From Duganella guangzhouensis (GTDB taxonomy: Bacteria; Pseudomonadota; Gammaproteobacteria; Burkholderiales; Burkholderiaceae_D), in assembly GCF_009674535.1 (NCBI RefSeq), contig NZ_WKJK01000009.1:28099-60098 (forward strand): 32,000 nt of DNA. Direction: 5' to 3'. Positions 1-7,627 of this stretch are shown here, piece after piece. Within the stretch, counting starts at the first letter, position 1. Every line of letters begins with the position of its first letter. A program made the position numbers and the translations under genes. Under the pieces are notes generated by a model. That model was given only the letters and a program-made list of their open reading frames with translations. It had not been told where the DNA came from and did not search any database.

Positions 1-1
1 C

Positions 2-193
2 ATCCTTCACAACGTGCATGAGATGACCAGACTGTTGAAGGAGATCCAGTCGAAAGGGTATGAGCTAACGGAAGAGGTGCTACGCGGGTTGGGACCGTAC
101 CGCAAAGGGCATATCAATCGCTTTGGCGAGTATGTGCTTGATTTGGACAAGGAGGTGGAGCCGATGAACTATAAGGTCGAATTCTCGCAATAA
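2..193 (+). CDS. tnpA: Tn3-family transposase, extreme C-terminus only (63 aa; the gene starts left of the window)
   Basis: Frame 2 is open from the window edge to TAA at 191-193. It is absent from the ORF track because it has no start codon in the window. Translation: ILHNVHEMTRLLKEIQSKGYELTEEVLRGLGPYRKGHINRFGEYVLDLDKEVEPMNYKVEFSQ. The L.PY...HINRFGEY.LD tail resembles, from memory, the conserved C-terminal end of Tn3-family DDE transposases. The segment is visibly more AT-rich than the rest of the window. Confidence 0.5.
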   Translation: MLHNVHEMTRLLKEIQSKGYELTEEVLRGLGPYRKGHINRFGEYVLDLDKEVEPMNYKVEFSQ

Positions 194-202
194 ATCATAG
201 AG

Positions 203-236
203 TTAAGACACTTTCTGCGAAAAAATCCGCAATCCC
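203..236. repeat. Candidate Tn3-type terminal inverted repeat (inner TTAAG ... outer CCC), very tentative
   Basis: The sequence ttaagacactttctgcgaaaaaatccgcaatccc lies 10 nt after the transposase stop. Tn3-family IRs (about 38 bp) typically read inner ..TAAG to outer GGGG/CCCC and lie just past the tnpA 3' end. Here only CCC is present and the partner IR is outside the window. Confidence 0.2.
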
Positions 237-568
237 GGCCGACCCTCGGTATTGCCCGTAAGGCGAGGCGACGGCGGCGACGTGATTTTACATAATATAA
301 ATTATGCGAAGTTATGGAGATTTTGCCATGTGCCGAAACGGCTCATACAGCAATACCTTCAGCATCTAACTAAATAGTTAGTTATACTTGCGTCTTCGGC
401 TTATTTCAGCGAAGCCGATTTATGAGATGCGGTGCCGGCCGCCCGGTCGGTGTGAATCTGCGTGCGTTCCTGCAGCGCAGACGACAACGCTTGCCTTCAC
501 GGCGCAGCCGACACGTCGAGCGCGCCCGCCACCGTTTCAATGCAGGATAGTTCTCGGAGAATTTTCAA

Positions 569-3001
569 ATGACAAAAAGTGAAACCCATCATTCAGTTGC
601 ACTGAAGACCGGGTGTATATTGCTCGGCCTGGTCTTGCTGGCCACCGGCCTGTTCTTCGCCATTGGCGGCGCGAAGCTGGCGGCCTTGCACGGCAGTCTG
701 TACTTCTTAATCGCTGGCATCGTCATCGTGGCGGCTGCGATCCAGTTCATGCGGCTGAAGTCGTCCGCAGTCGTCATTTACGGCGCGGCTTTCGTCGGCA
801 CCTTGATCTGGGCGTTGGCGGATGTTGGCCTCGATTTCTGGCCGCTGGTGTCGCGCCTGATGCTGCCCGCCGGTCTGATGCTGCTGGCCTTGCTGGCATG
901 GCCGTCGCTGCGCAAGGCCAACACCGGGACCGCCGCCGGCAAGCACGCCTACGCCGTGGCCGGCGTGCTCGGGCTAGCGATGGTTGCCGTCTTCGTGCAG
1001 ATGTTCCAGCCGCACCCGACCGTCCCATTCGAAGGCACGCCTACGCCCTTGGTCAAAGTTGCTCAAGGGAAAGAACAAAAGAACTGGAGCCATTACGGCA
1101 ACACCGCAGGCGGCAGCCGCTTCGCCGCGCTGGACCAGATCACCCGCGACAACGTCCAGCAGCTTGAGGTCGCGTGGACCTTCCATACCGGCGATACCCC
1201 GATCAGCCCGTCGGGCAACGGCGCGGAAGACCAGGAAACGCCGCTGCAGATCGGTGACCGGGTCTACCTGTGCACGCCGCATAACAACGTGATCGCGATC
1301 GAGGCCGATAGCGGCAAGAAGATCTGGGAGCGCACCATCAACGCGCAGGCCCAGGTGTGGAACCGCTGCCGTGGCCTCGCCTATTTCGATGCGACCCAGC
1401 CACTGGCGCAACCAACCGTGGCCGGCGCGACGCCGGTCGTGGCGGCCACGCTGCCAGCCGGTGCGAATTGCCAGCGCCGTATCCTGATGAATACCATCGA
1501 CGCCCGCCTGGTCGCCATCGACGCCGACACCGGCGCCATGTGCGACGGCTTCGGCAACGGCGGCTTTGTCGATTTGAAGGCGGGCCTGGGCAGCGCGGAC
1601 GATCCCAAGTACCAGCTGACGTCGGCGCCTACCCTGGCCGGCACCACCGTGGTGGTCGGCGGCCGCGTGGCGGACAACGTTCAGACCGACATGCCGGGCG
1701 GCGTACTGCGCGGCTTCGATGTCATCACCGGCCAGATGCGCTGGGCCTTCGATCCGGGCCATGACGATCCGAACGCGCGTTTGCAGCCGGGCCAGACTTA
1801 TGCCCGCAGCACGCCGAATTCGTGGGCGCCGATGTCGTATGACGCCGCGATGAACACCGTCTTTATCCCTATGGGCAGTTCCTCGGTCGACCTGTGGGGC
1901 GGCAATCGCACGCCGCTGGATCACCGCTACGCCACCTCGATTCTGGCGCTCGACGCCAGCACCGGCAAAGAGAAATGGGTCTACCAGACCGTGCATAACG
2001 ACTTGTGGGACTTCGACGTGCCGATGCAGCCTAGCCTGATCGACTTCCCGACCAAGGACGGCGCGACTACGCCGGCCGTGGTGTTCGGCTCCAAGTCGGG
2101 CCAGATCTTCGTACTCGACCGCCTGACCGGCAAGCCGGTCACGCCGGTCGAGGAACGTCCTGTGAAAACGGCCGGCATCACCGCCGAGCAGTACTCGACC
2201 ACGCAGCCGTTCTCGGTCGGCATGCCGCAAATCGGCGCCGAAACGCTGAAGGAATCGGACATGTGGGGCGCTACCCCGTTCGACCAGTTGGCGTGCCGCA
2301 TCAGCTTCAAGTCGATGCGCTATGAAGGCCTGTTCACGGCGCCGGGCACCGACGTCTCGCTGAGCTTCCCGGGTTCGCTGGGCGGCATGAACTGGGGCAG
2401 CCTGTCCACCGATCCGAACCACCACGTCATCTTCGCCAACGACATGCGACTCGGCCTGTGGGTGCAGATGATTCCGCAGAATACCGACCACGCCCAGGCC
2501 AGCAACGGCGGCGAATCGGTCAACACCGGCATGGGCGCGGTGCCGCTGAAAGGCACGCCGTATGCTGTCAACAAGAACCGCTTCATGTCGCCACTCGGCA
2601 TTCCGTGCCAGAAGCCACCGTTCGGCACGCTGTCGGCGGTGGATCTGACGACCCGCAAGGTGTTGTGGCAGGTCCCGGTCGGCACGGTGCAGGACACCGG
2701 TCCGTTCGGCATCAAGATGGGCATGAAAATGCCGGTCGGCATGCCAACGCTGGGCGGTACGCTGGCGACCCAGGGCGGCCTGGTATTCATTGCCGGCACC
2801 CAGGATTACTACCTGCGCGCCTTCGACAGCGCGACCGGCAAGGAAGTCTGGAAAGCCCGTCTGCCGGTAGGCAGCCAGGGTGGTCCGATGAGCTATGTGT
2901 CGCCCAAGACCGGCAAGCAGTACGTGCTGATCTCGGCCGGCGGCGCACGCCAATCGCCAGACCGTGGCGACTACGTGATCGCCTATGCATTGAAAAAATA
3001 A
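569..3001 (+). CDS. gcd: Membrane-bound PQQ-dependent (quinoprotein) glucose dehydrogenase
   Basis: 810 aa. The N-terminal ~150 aa carry five hydrophobic helices (CILLGLVLLATGLFFAIGG, LYFLIAGIVIVAAAIQF, VVIYGAAFVGTLIWALA, LMLPAGLMLLALLAW, AYAVAGVLGLAMVAVFV). A PQQ beta-propeller follows (NWSHYGNTAGGSRFAALDQI, repeated W/G propeller motifs, C-terminal GGPMSYVSPKTGKQYVLISAGG). Size and architecture match E. coli-type Gcd. An SD (GGAGA) lies 8 nt upstream of the ATG. Confidence 0.93.
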   Translation: MTKSETHHSVALKTGCILLGLVLLATGLFFAIGGAKLAALHGSLYFLIAGIVIVAAAIQFMRLKSSAVVIYGAAFVGTLIWALADVGLDFWPLVSRLMLPAGLMLLALLAWPSLRKANTGTAAGKHAYAVAGVLGLAMVAVFVQMFQPHPTVPFEGTPTPLVKVAQGKEQKNWSHYGNTAGGSRFAALDQITRDNVQQLEVAWTFHTGDTPISPSGNGAEDQETPLQIGDRVYLCTPHNNVIAIEADSGKKIWERTINAQAQVWNRCRGLAYFDATQPLAQPTVAGATPVVAATLPAGANCQRRILMNTIDARLVAIDADTGAMCDGFGNGGFVDLKAGLGSADDPKYQLTSAPTLAGTTVVVGGRVADNVQTDMPGGVLRGFDVITGQMRWAFDPGHDDPNARLQPGQTYARSTPNSWAPMSYDAAMNTVFIPMGSSSVDLWGGNRTPLDHRYATSILALDASTGKEKWVYQTVHNDLWDFDVPMQPSLIDFPTKDGATTPAVVFGSKSGQIFVLDRLTGKPVTPVEERPVKTAGITAEQYSTTQPFSVGMPQIGAETLKESDMWGATPFDQLACRISFKSMRYEGLFTAPGTDVSLSFPGSLGGMNWGSLSTDPNHHVIFANDMRLGLWVQMIPQNTDHAQASNGGESVNTGMGAVPLKGTPYAVNKNRFMSPLGIPCQKPPFGTLSAVDLTTRKVLWQVPVGTVQDTGPFGIKMGMKMPVGMPTLGGTLATQGGLVFIAGTQDYYLRAFDSATGKEVWKARLPVGSQGGPMSYVSPKTGKQYVLISAGGARQSPDRGDYVIAYALKK

Positions 3002-3027
3002 TGATCTGATTTGGTTTGAAACGATAT

Positions 3028-4362
3028 ATGCAATACGAAAATGAACTTATGGCGCGGTCCCGGCGCGACGGCGTCCGCCGTCCACGCGCTTGGGCGCGCA
3101 CCTGCCCGGCGGCTTTGGTAGCTATCGTCGCGCTTGCTTCGCCAGACACCCGAGCGGACGACTTGCAGACGTCAACGGAATCGTCCACGCTCACCGGGGA
3201 CTGGGGCGGCGCGCGCTCCCGTTACGCCAAGGCCGGCGTGAACTTGCGTGGCGATTATGTCTCCGAGACGTTTGCCAACGTCAGCGGCGGTCTGCAGCGC
3301 GGCAGCACCTATGCCCAGCAAGTACGTCTGGGTGCCGATTTCGACATGGCGCTGCTCGCCGGCTGGTCCGGCACCACGCTGCATTTCACTATCAACGACC
3401 GGCGTGGCGAGAGCGTGTCGGCCGACTATATTGGCAACCGGATGCCGGTCCAGGAAGCCGCCGGCGGCTCTTACACGCGGCTCAGCGAGGCCAGCGTTGA
3501 ACAGAAACTACTCGGCGACAAGCTCAATCTGCGCCTCGGCTTTTTCGCCATGGGCAATGACCTGGGCGGCATGGCCGTGGGTTGCCAGCTGGTGAACGCG
3601 GCGTTTTGCGCGCACCCGCTGTCGATGTCGGGAAATAGCGGCTGGTACAACTACCCGAATGCGCGCTGGGGCGCGGCTGTCCGTTACCAGCTGCAGCCGG
3701 AACTGTATTTGCGCAGCGGTGTTTACCAGGACAATTCCAAACTTGGCAACAAGGAGAACGCCTTCCGTCCGTTCGCCGCCGGCACCACGGGCGTGGTGCT
3801 GCCGTTGGAGCTGGAATATGCGCCGGGCAGCGCGCCGAACAGTGCGGCATTGCCCGGCCATTACAAGCTGGGCGCGCTCTACGATACCGCGCAGGCCAAG
3901 CGTCAGGGCGAAGCCGGCACGGTGGGCGAACGCTACGGTGTTTACCTGCTGGCGGACCAGATGATCGTGCGCGACGGCGCCACCGGTCGCGGCCTGGCGC
4001 TGTTCGGTCAGATCACGGCGAACCCGCAGGCGTCGGCGCAGATCACACGCTGGTATGCGGCCGGCCTGGTCAAGACCGGCACCTTCGCCGGCCGGGATCG
4101 CGATACGGTCGCGCTGGGCGTGGTGCGGGCGCAGGTCAATCCGCGTCTGCGCGCGAGTGCCGCCGCCGCCGATCCCGACATCGGTGGTTATGCCGCGCTG
4201 CCGGCCGGTGAAACCGTGGTCGAACTGAGCTATGGTTGGCAGCCGCTGCGCTGGCTGGGCGTGCGGGCCGATGTGCAGTACATCATCGACCCGGGCGCTT
4301 TCAGCTACCGCTCGACGCAAAACGCGTTGGCGATCGGCACCCAGCTCAAAATTACTTTCTAA
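3028..4362 (+). CDS. oprB: Carbohydrate-selective porin, OprB family
   Basis: The product has a signal-peptide-like N-terminus (CPAALVAIVALASPDTRA). It carries the OprB-type motif LTGDWGGARSRYAKAGVNLRGDYVSETFANVSGGLQRGSTYAQQVRLGADFDM and a beta-barrel terminus ending in F. It starts 14-48 nt after gcd, and gcd-oprB linkage is well known. The start is ambiguous: TTG 3016, ATG 3028 or ATG 3049. Confidence 0.85.
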   Translation: MQYENELMARSRRDGVRRPRAWARTCPAALVAIVALASPDTRADDLQTSTESSTLTGDWGGARSRYAKAGVNLRGDYVSETFANVSGGLQRGSTYAQQVRLGADFDMALLAGWSGTTLHFTINDRRGESVSADYIGNRMPVQEAAGGSYTRLSEASVEQKLLGDKLNLRLGFFAMGNDLGGMAVGCQLVNAAFCAHPLSMSGNSGWYNYPNARWGAAVRYQLQPELYLRSGVYQDNSKLGNKENAFRPFAAGTTGVVLPLELEYAPGSAPNSAALPGHYKLGALYDTAQAKRQGEAGTVGERYGVYLLADQMIVRDGATGRGLALFGQITANPQASAQITRWYAAGLVKTGTFAGRDRDTVALGVVRAQVNPRLRASAAAADPDIGGYAALPAGETVVELSYGWQPLRWLGVRADVQYIIDPGAFSYRSTQNALAIGTQLKITF

Positions 4363-4369
4363 GCCGCAG

Positions 4370-5023
4370 TCAGGGCACGCACACCGCGCGCAGCACGGTT
4401 TCCACCACCGATGCGCGCCGTGCGGCGTGCACCTCGGCGGTCCCGAGGTCGCGGTCGAAGATGAAGCTGAAGGTATGGCGATTCGACACGTTATAGAACG
4501 ACAGCGCGCTGATCGACATGTGCAGGTCGACCGGATCGACATCGGCGCGGAACACGCCCTCGGCAATGCCGCGCTGGCACACCTGTTCCAGCAGCGTGAT
4601 CGCGGAGTGGTTAATCGCGCGCAGTTCCGGAATCTGGCGAATGTACTCGCCCTGGTTGATGTTCTCGCCCATCACCATGTGGATGAATTCGGGATGGGCC
4701 GCATGGAAGTCGAAACTTGCACTGACCAGCTGGCGCAAAGCCTGCACCGGCGCCAGACTGGCGTCGACCTCCAGCCCGCCCTCGATCTCGCGGAAGCGCA
4801 GATAGCTTTCCTTTAGCGCGGCCACGTACAAGTCTTTCTTGCTGCCGAAGTGGTAGTAGATCATTGCCTTGTTGAGTCCGCTCTCGGCCGCGATCGCGTC
4901 GATGCGGGCGCCGCTCAGCCCGAGTCGGGAAAATTCCCGCAGCGCGACATCCAGAATTCTTGCGCGGGTGCTGTCTTCCTCGGTCTTGGCAGGAGCGGTC
5001 TTCAATCTGCTTGCTTTAGTCAT
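4370..5023 (-). CDS. TetR/AcrR family transcriptional regulator
   Basis: The N-terminal HTH is RILDVALREFSRLGLSGARIDAIAAESGLNKAMIYYHFGSKKDLY. The ATG at 5023 is preferred over the TTG at 5026. The gene starts only 10-13 nt after the integrase stop (TAG at 5037-5039). Confidence 0.9.
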   Translation of the reverse strand: MTKASRLKTAPAKTEEDSTRARILDVALREFSRLGLSGARIDAIAAESGLNKAMIYYHFGSKKDLYVAALKESYLRFREIEGGLEVDASLAPVQALRQLVSASFDFHAAHPEFIHMVMGENINQGEYIRQIPELRAINHSAITLLEQVCQRGIAEGVFRADVDPVDLHMSISALSFYNVSNRHTFSFIFDRDLGTAEVHAARRASVVETVLRAVCVP

Positions 5024-5036
5024 CAAGCCATTCTAT

Positions 5037-6221
5037 CTAACTTTGAGAAGTAACGGTACGTGTGCCGTTCAGCGACGCCAGGATTTCGTCGTGTCGCTCG
5101 TTGTCGGTTTTATGCAGATACGCCGCAGTGGTGGCGATGCTGGCGTGGCCGGCGGTTTCCTGCAGCGTCTTCAGTTGCACGCCATTGTTGGCGTGGTTGG
5201 TCAGCATGCTGTGCCGCAGCCAGTGGGCCGAGGCCTGGCGCAGCGTGGCGGCCATATCCACGTCGCCCATGCCGGCCGCCGCGCTGGCTGCGGCCGCGAA
5301 AATCGCCTTGAGCGCGTCGGACGCCGCTTCATCGGTGATACGGACCAGCGCCGCTCCACGGCTCGACAGCACCAGCGGCGTGTGGTCGCTGCGCACGGCA
5401 TGCGGCAGCAAGTCGTAGGCGGCACGGTATTGGCGGAACGCGGCCAGCATGTCCGGCGGCACCGGCAAGCGGCGCGGTTTGTCGCCTTTGCCCATGACGT
5501 CCAGCCACCAGCGGCCGTTGCCTTCGGTGTAGAACGCGCCCATATTGGCGCTGACGATTTCGTTCAGGCGGGCGCCGGTGTGGATGTAGGTGATTAACAG
5601 GAAACGATCGCGCTCACGCCGGCGTACCGCCGCTGGCGTCAATGCCTCGCGCGCGGAAACCGTGGCGATCGCCAGTTGGAGCGCGTCCGAGGTCAGATAG
5701 CGCGTGATCCGGCTGGCGCCGATGGTTTTGACGTGCTTGACCAGCGCCGCCGGATCGCGCCGCAGATAGCCGGTTTGGGCGGCGTACGCAAACAATCCTT
5801 TGACCGCGATCATGGCCTGGCGCCGGCTGGCGTCCGACAACGGACCGCTGAACGGCCGATAACGCGGATCGTTGCGCGGCCATTTGGTGGTCGACACCCA
5901 GTCCGGCGGCGGCGCCTTGATGAATTCCTTGTAATGATTCAGGTCGGCCACATTCAGCTGGCGCAGCGTTTTGCCTGCCTCCTCCCGGCACCAGGTCAGG
6001 AAGCGGAACAGCTCTTTCTGGGTGTTGGCGACCGATTTCGGTCCCAGCTCGCCGTGGCTGATGAATTCGCGGGCAATTTCGCTATCGGTGCGGGCATCGG
6101 TGATGGCGTCTTCGGCGATGCTACGCAGGGCGTTGGGATCGCGAAAACGTCGTTCCGCAGCGCCGCCGCTTTGGGAGGGAAACGGGTCCAGGTTGATGAG
6201 GTCGAATTTCTTTTCCGGCAT
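5037..6221 (-). CDS. Tyrosine-type site-specific recombinase/integrase
   Basis: The C-terminal catalytic region has HTGARLNEI (Arg), HWLRHS (His-x-x-Arg) and GHASIATTAAYLH (His...Tyr nucleophile). An N-terminal SAM-like core-binding region is present (ELFRFLTWC...LNHYKEFI). The start is ATG 6221 or GTG 6233. Confidence 0.9.
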   Translation of the reverse strand: MPEKKFDLINLDPFPSQSGGAAERRFRDPNALRSIAEDAITDARTDSEIAREFISHGELGPKSVANTQKELFRFLTWCREEAGKTLRQLNVADLNHYKEFIKAPPPDWVSTTKWPRNDPRYRPFSGPLSDASRRQAMIAVKGLFAYAAQTGYLRRDPAALVKHVKTIGASRITRYLTSDALQLAIATVSAREALTPAAVRRRERDRFLLITYIHTGARLNEIVSANMGAFYTEGNGRWWLDVMGKGDKPRRLPVPPDMLAAFRQYRAAYDLLPHAVRSDHTPLVLSSRGAALVRITDEAASDALKAIFAAAASAAAGMGDVDMAATLRQASAHWLRHSMLTNHANNGVQLKTLQETAGHASIATTAAYLHKTDNERHDEILASLNGTRTVTSQS

Positions 6222-6234
6222 TGCAGGCTGCACA

Positions 6235-6299
6235 AAATACTGTATGAACGTCTAGTCGATTATACAGTATTTCATACAGTTATATTGATCGACAATATA
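6235..6299. promoter_or_regulatory. Inverted-repeat cluster plus a TATAAT box upstream of the integrase gene
   Basis: There is an 11-bp perfect inverted repeat: AAATACTGTAT (6235-6245) and ATACAGTATTT (6262-6272). A minus-strand TATAAT (plus-strand attata, 6259-6264) overlaps the right arm. A second inverted repeat is TATATTG-n5-CAATATA (6281-6299). The direct repeat GTCGATTA occurs at 6255-6262 and 6309-6316. Confidence 0.35.
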
Positions 6300-6338
6300 G
6301 GTAGTAATGTCGATTAGACTGGGCTACCAGAATTCATG

Positions 6339-7067
6339 TCAACTGGTCGCGTCGTCTCTTCGCAGGGGCGGTTCTTCGACCATGGCTGTTAGCATGGCTT
6401 TCAGGGTGCCGCAGGCTTGGTCAAAGGTCGGGTGAAAATTGAGGGCATCGACCGCCTCGAATTGCTTTTTCAACGGCGCATATCGCTCGTCGAGTTGCTG
6501 GAACACTGCGGCAGCATGGCGGACCATCCATTCGGCCGCCGCCATGAGTGCCTCGGTCTCCCGCTCGGCAATCAACGCAAAGTCGAAGATATCGCGCCCC
6601 GTGATGCGATCACCCCGATGCCACATTTTCTTGGCGATGATTTCCACCGAGGTTTCCACCCGGACCTCCTGCCCCATGATGGTTTTAATCTCGAAGCCTG
6701 GTGCGGTCAGGTTCGGCGCCGCCACGAAGTCAATTTCTCCCTCGGGGAGATAGAGCTTCACGTAGCTGGCCGCTTCGACGTAGTCGTTGGTGATCGACTC
6801 AGCGACCTTGCTCAGGCGAGGCGTGACGAAACCCAGGGACTGCGGATCGGGAACGAAAATGTCAATGTCCTTGCTGAAACGGTGGCCGTAGCGCAGCATC
6901 AGGACCGTGCCGCCGCCAAAAGTCCAGAACGGATCAGCACGGCCATGGCGGGCGATCTCGCCGATGACCGTCAGGGCATTGGCGAACAGCGTCTCCCATA
7001 TCGTAGGGATGCCCGGATCGCCCGCCATCACCAGACCGTTCTGCATACTTGCCACTGCTCGGCCCAC
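6339..7067 (-). CDS. Nucleotidyltransferase toxin, AbiEii/AbiGii (DUF1814) family
   Basis: The motif WTFGGGTVLMLRYGHRFSKDIDIFV matches the GGTAL...R.S.DIDF nucleotidyltransferase signature of AbiEii toxins. The gene lies immediately downstream of an HTH gene. An alternative in-frame ATG at 7028-7026 shares one base with the upstream TGA (7030-7028, TGATG), which suggests translational coupling. Confidence 0.72.
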   Translation of the reverse strand: MGRAVASMQNGLVMAGDPGIPTIWETLFANALTVIGEIARHGRADPFWTFGGGTVLMLRYGHRFSKDIDIFVPDPQSLGFVTPRLSKVAESITNDYVEAASYVKLYLPEGEIDFVAAPNLTAPGFEIKTIMGQEVRVETSVEIIAKKMWHRGDRITGRDIFDFALIAERETEALMAAAEWMVRHAAAVFQQLDERYAPLKKQFEAVDALNFHPTFDQACGTLKAMLTAMVEEPPLRRDDATS

Positions 7068-7504
7068 GAGCTTAGGTTTTTCATGATTTTTCTCGCAGGC
7101 ACGTCGGGCGTCGCCGCCTCGGTCACAGCCTTGACGACGACCGGCAGCGGGGTTTCATCCAGCAACGTCATCAGGTGTGGCTGGAATTGTTCAGGCGCCT
7201 GGCCAGAACGCAGCATCAGCGAAAGCATCTCGGGCGTCACGACATCCCGGTAACTGGTGCTGATGCTGCGCGCAGCGATCACTAGCGCACTTTTCAATCC
7301 AGAGGGCTGTACTGTTTCCATGTCGATACCCAAAATGTCCATCACGGCCTTGAGCTTGGTGTAGCCCAAGTCCTTCAGCGCCCCATTCTCCAGTTGATTA
7401 ATCGTGACGCGGGACAGACCCGCAAACTTGGCCAGATGCTCCTGCAGCAGGCCGGCCTGGACACGCTTGATATGAATTTCACCGCCAATTTGTGCAAGAT
7501 TCAT
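7028..7504 (-). CDS. XRE-family HTH protein, putative antitoxin/regulator of the AbiEii-like toxin
   Basis: The N-terminus is IKRVQAGLLQEHLAKFAGLSRVTINQLENGALKDLGYTKLKAVMDILG, a Cro/C1-type HTH. It is followed by a ~90-aa C-terminal domain with no motif I can name. The gene overlaps or abuts the toxin ORF. Confidence 0.85.
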   Translation of the reverse strand: MNLAQIGGEIHIKRVQAGLLQEHLAKFAGLSRVTINQLENGALKDLGYTKLKAVMDILGIDMETVQPSGLKSALVIAARSISTSYRDVVTPEMLSLMLRSGQAPEQFQPHLMTLLDETPLPVVVKAVTEAATPDVPARKIMKNLSSWAEQWQVCRTVW

Positions 7505-7576
7505 GTTAAAACCAAGGTTAAAACTAAGTAATGTTAAGTATATTTAACATTATAGCTGTAGTCGCGGCAATTCCAA
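7505..7576 (-). promoter_or_regulatory. Putative sigma70 promoter with overlapping palindromic operator for the XRE/AbiEii operon
   Basis: On the minus strand the promoter reads TTGGAA (7571-7576), a 16-nt spacer, then TATAAT (7549-7554). A perfect 9-bp inverted repeat, TAATGTTAA (7529-7537) - n6 - TTAACATTA (7544-7552), overlaps the -10 box. Two more direct GTTAAAAC copies sit at 7505-7512 and 7517-7524, next to the start codon. Confidence 0.5.
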
Positions 7577-7627
7577 GCCCTTGTTTCATCTTAGGTCGCG
7601 CGTCCGATATATATCGCGTTATTGTCA

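Noticed and set aside
366-381. Small palindromes in the gcd upstream region (CTAACTA-aa-TAGTTAG at 366-381; CATAAT-ataa-ATTATG at 291-306; hairpin TCGGCTT-n9-AAGCCGA near 395-417)
   Set aside because: These are short AT-rich palindromes expected by chance in AT-rich spacers. No associated regulator or promoter could be assigned.
388-582. 64-aa ORF upstream of gcd
   Set aside because: The translation is Arg/Pro-rich with no SD. It overlaps the gcd start and RBS and most likely lies in the gcd promoter or leader.
974-2953. 659-aa ORF antisense to gcd
   Set aside because: It lies entirely inside, and opposite to, a confidently identified PQQ dehydrogenase gene. The translation is Arg/Ala/Gly/His-rich with no motifs. 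This is the typical shadow ORF of high-GC DNA.
6240-6267. LexA SOS-box look-alike (CTGT ... ACAG) in front of the integrase
   Set aside because: The CTGT and ACAG elements are 20 nt apart, not the 8 nt of the CTGT-n8-ACAG consensus. It is treated only as a generic inverted repeat.
7605-7616. 12-bp perfect palindrome CGATATATATCG, 12 nt downstream of the mksG-like stop
   Set aside because: It was considered as the operon terminator. The stem is AT-rich and no U tract follows on the minus strand. It might be a protein-binding site, but I have no support for that.
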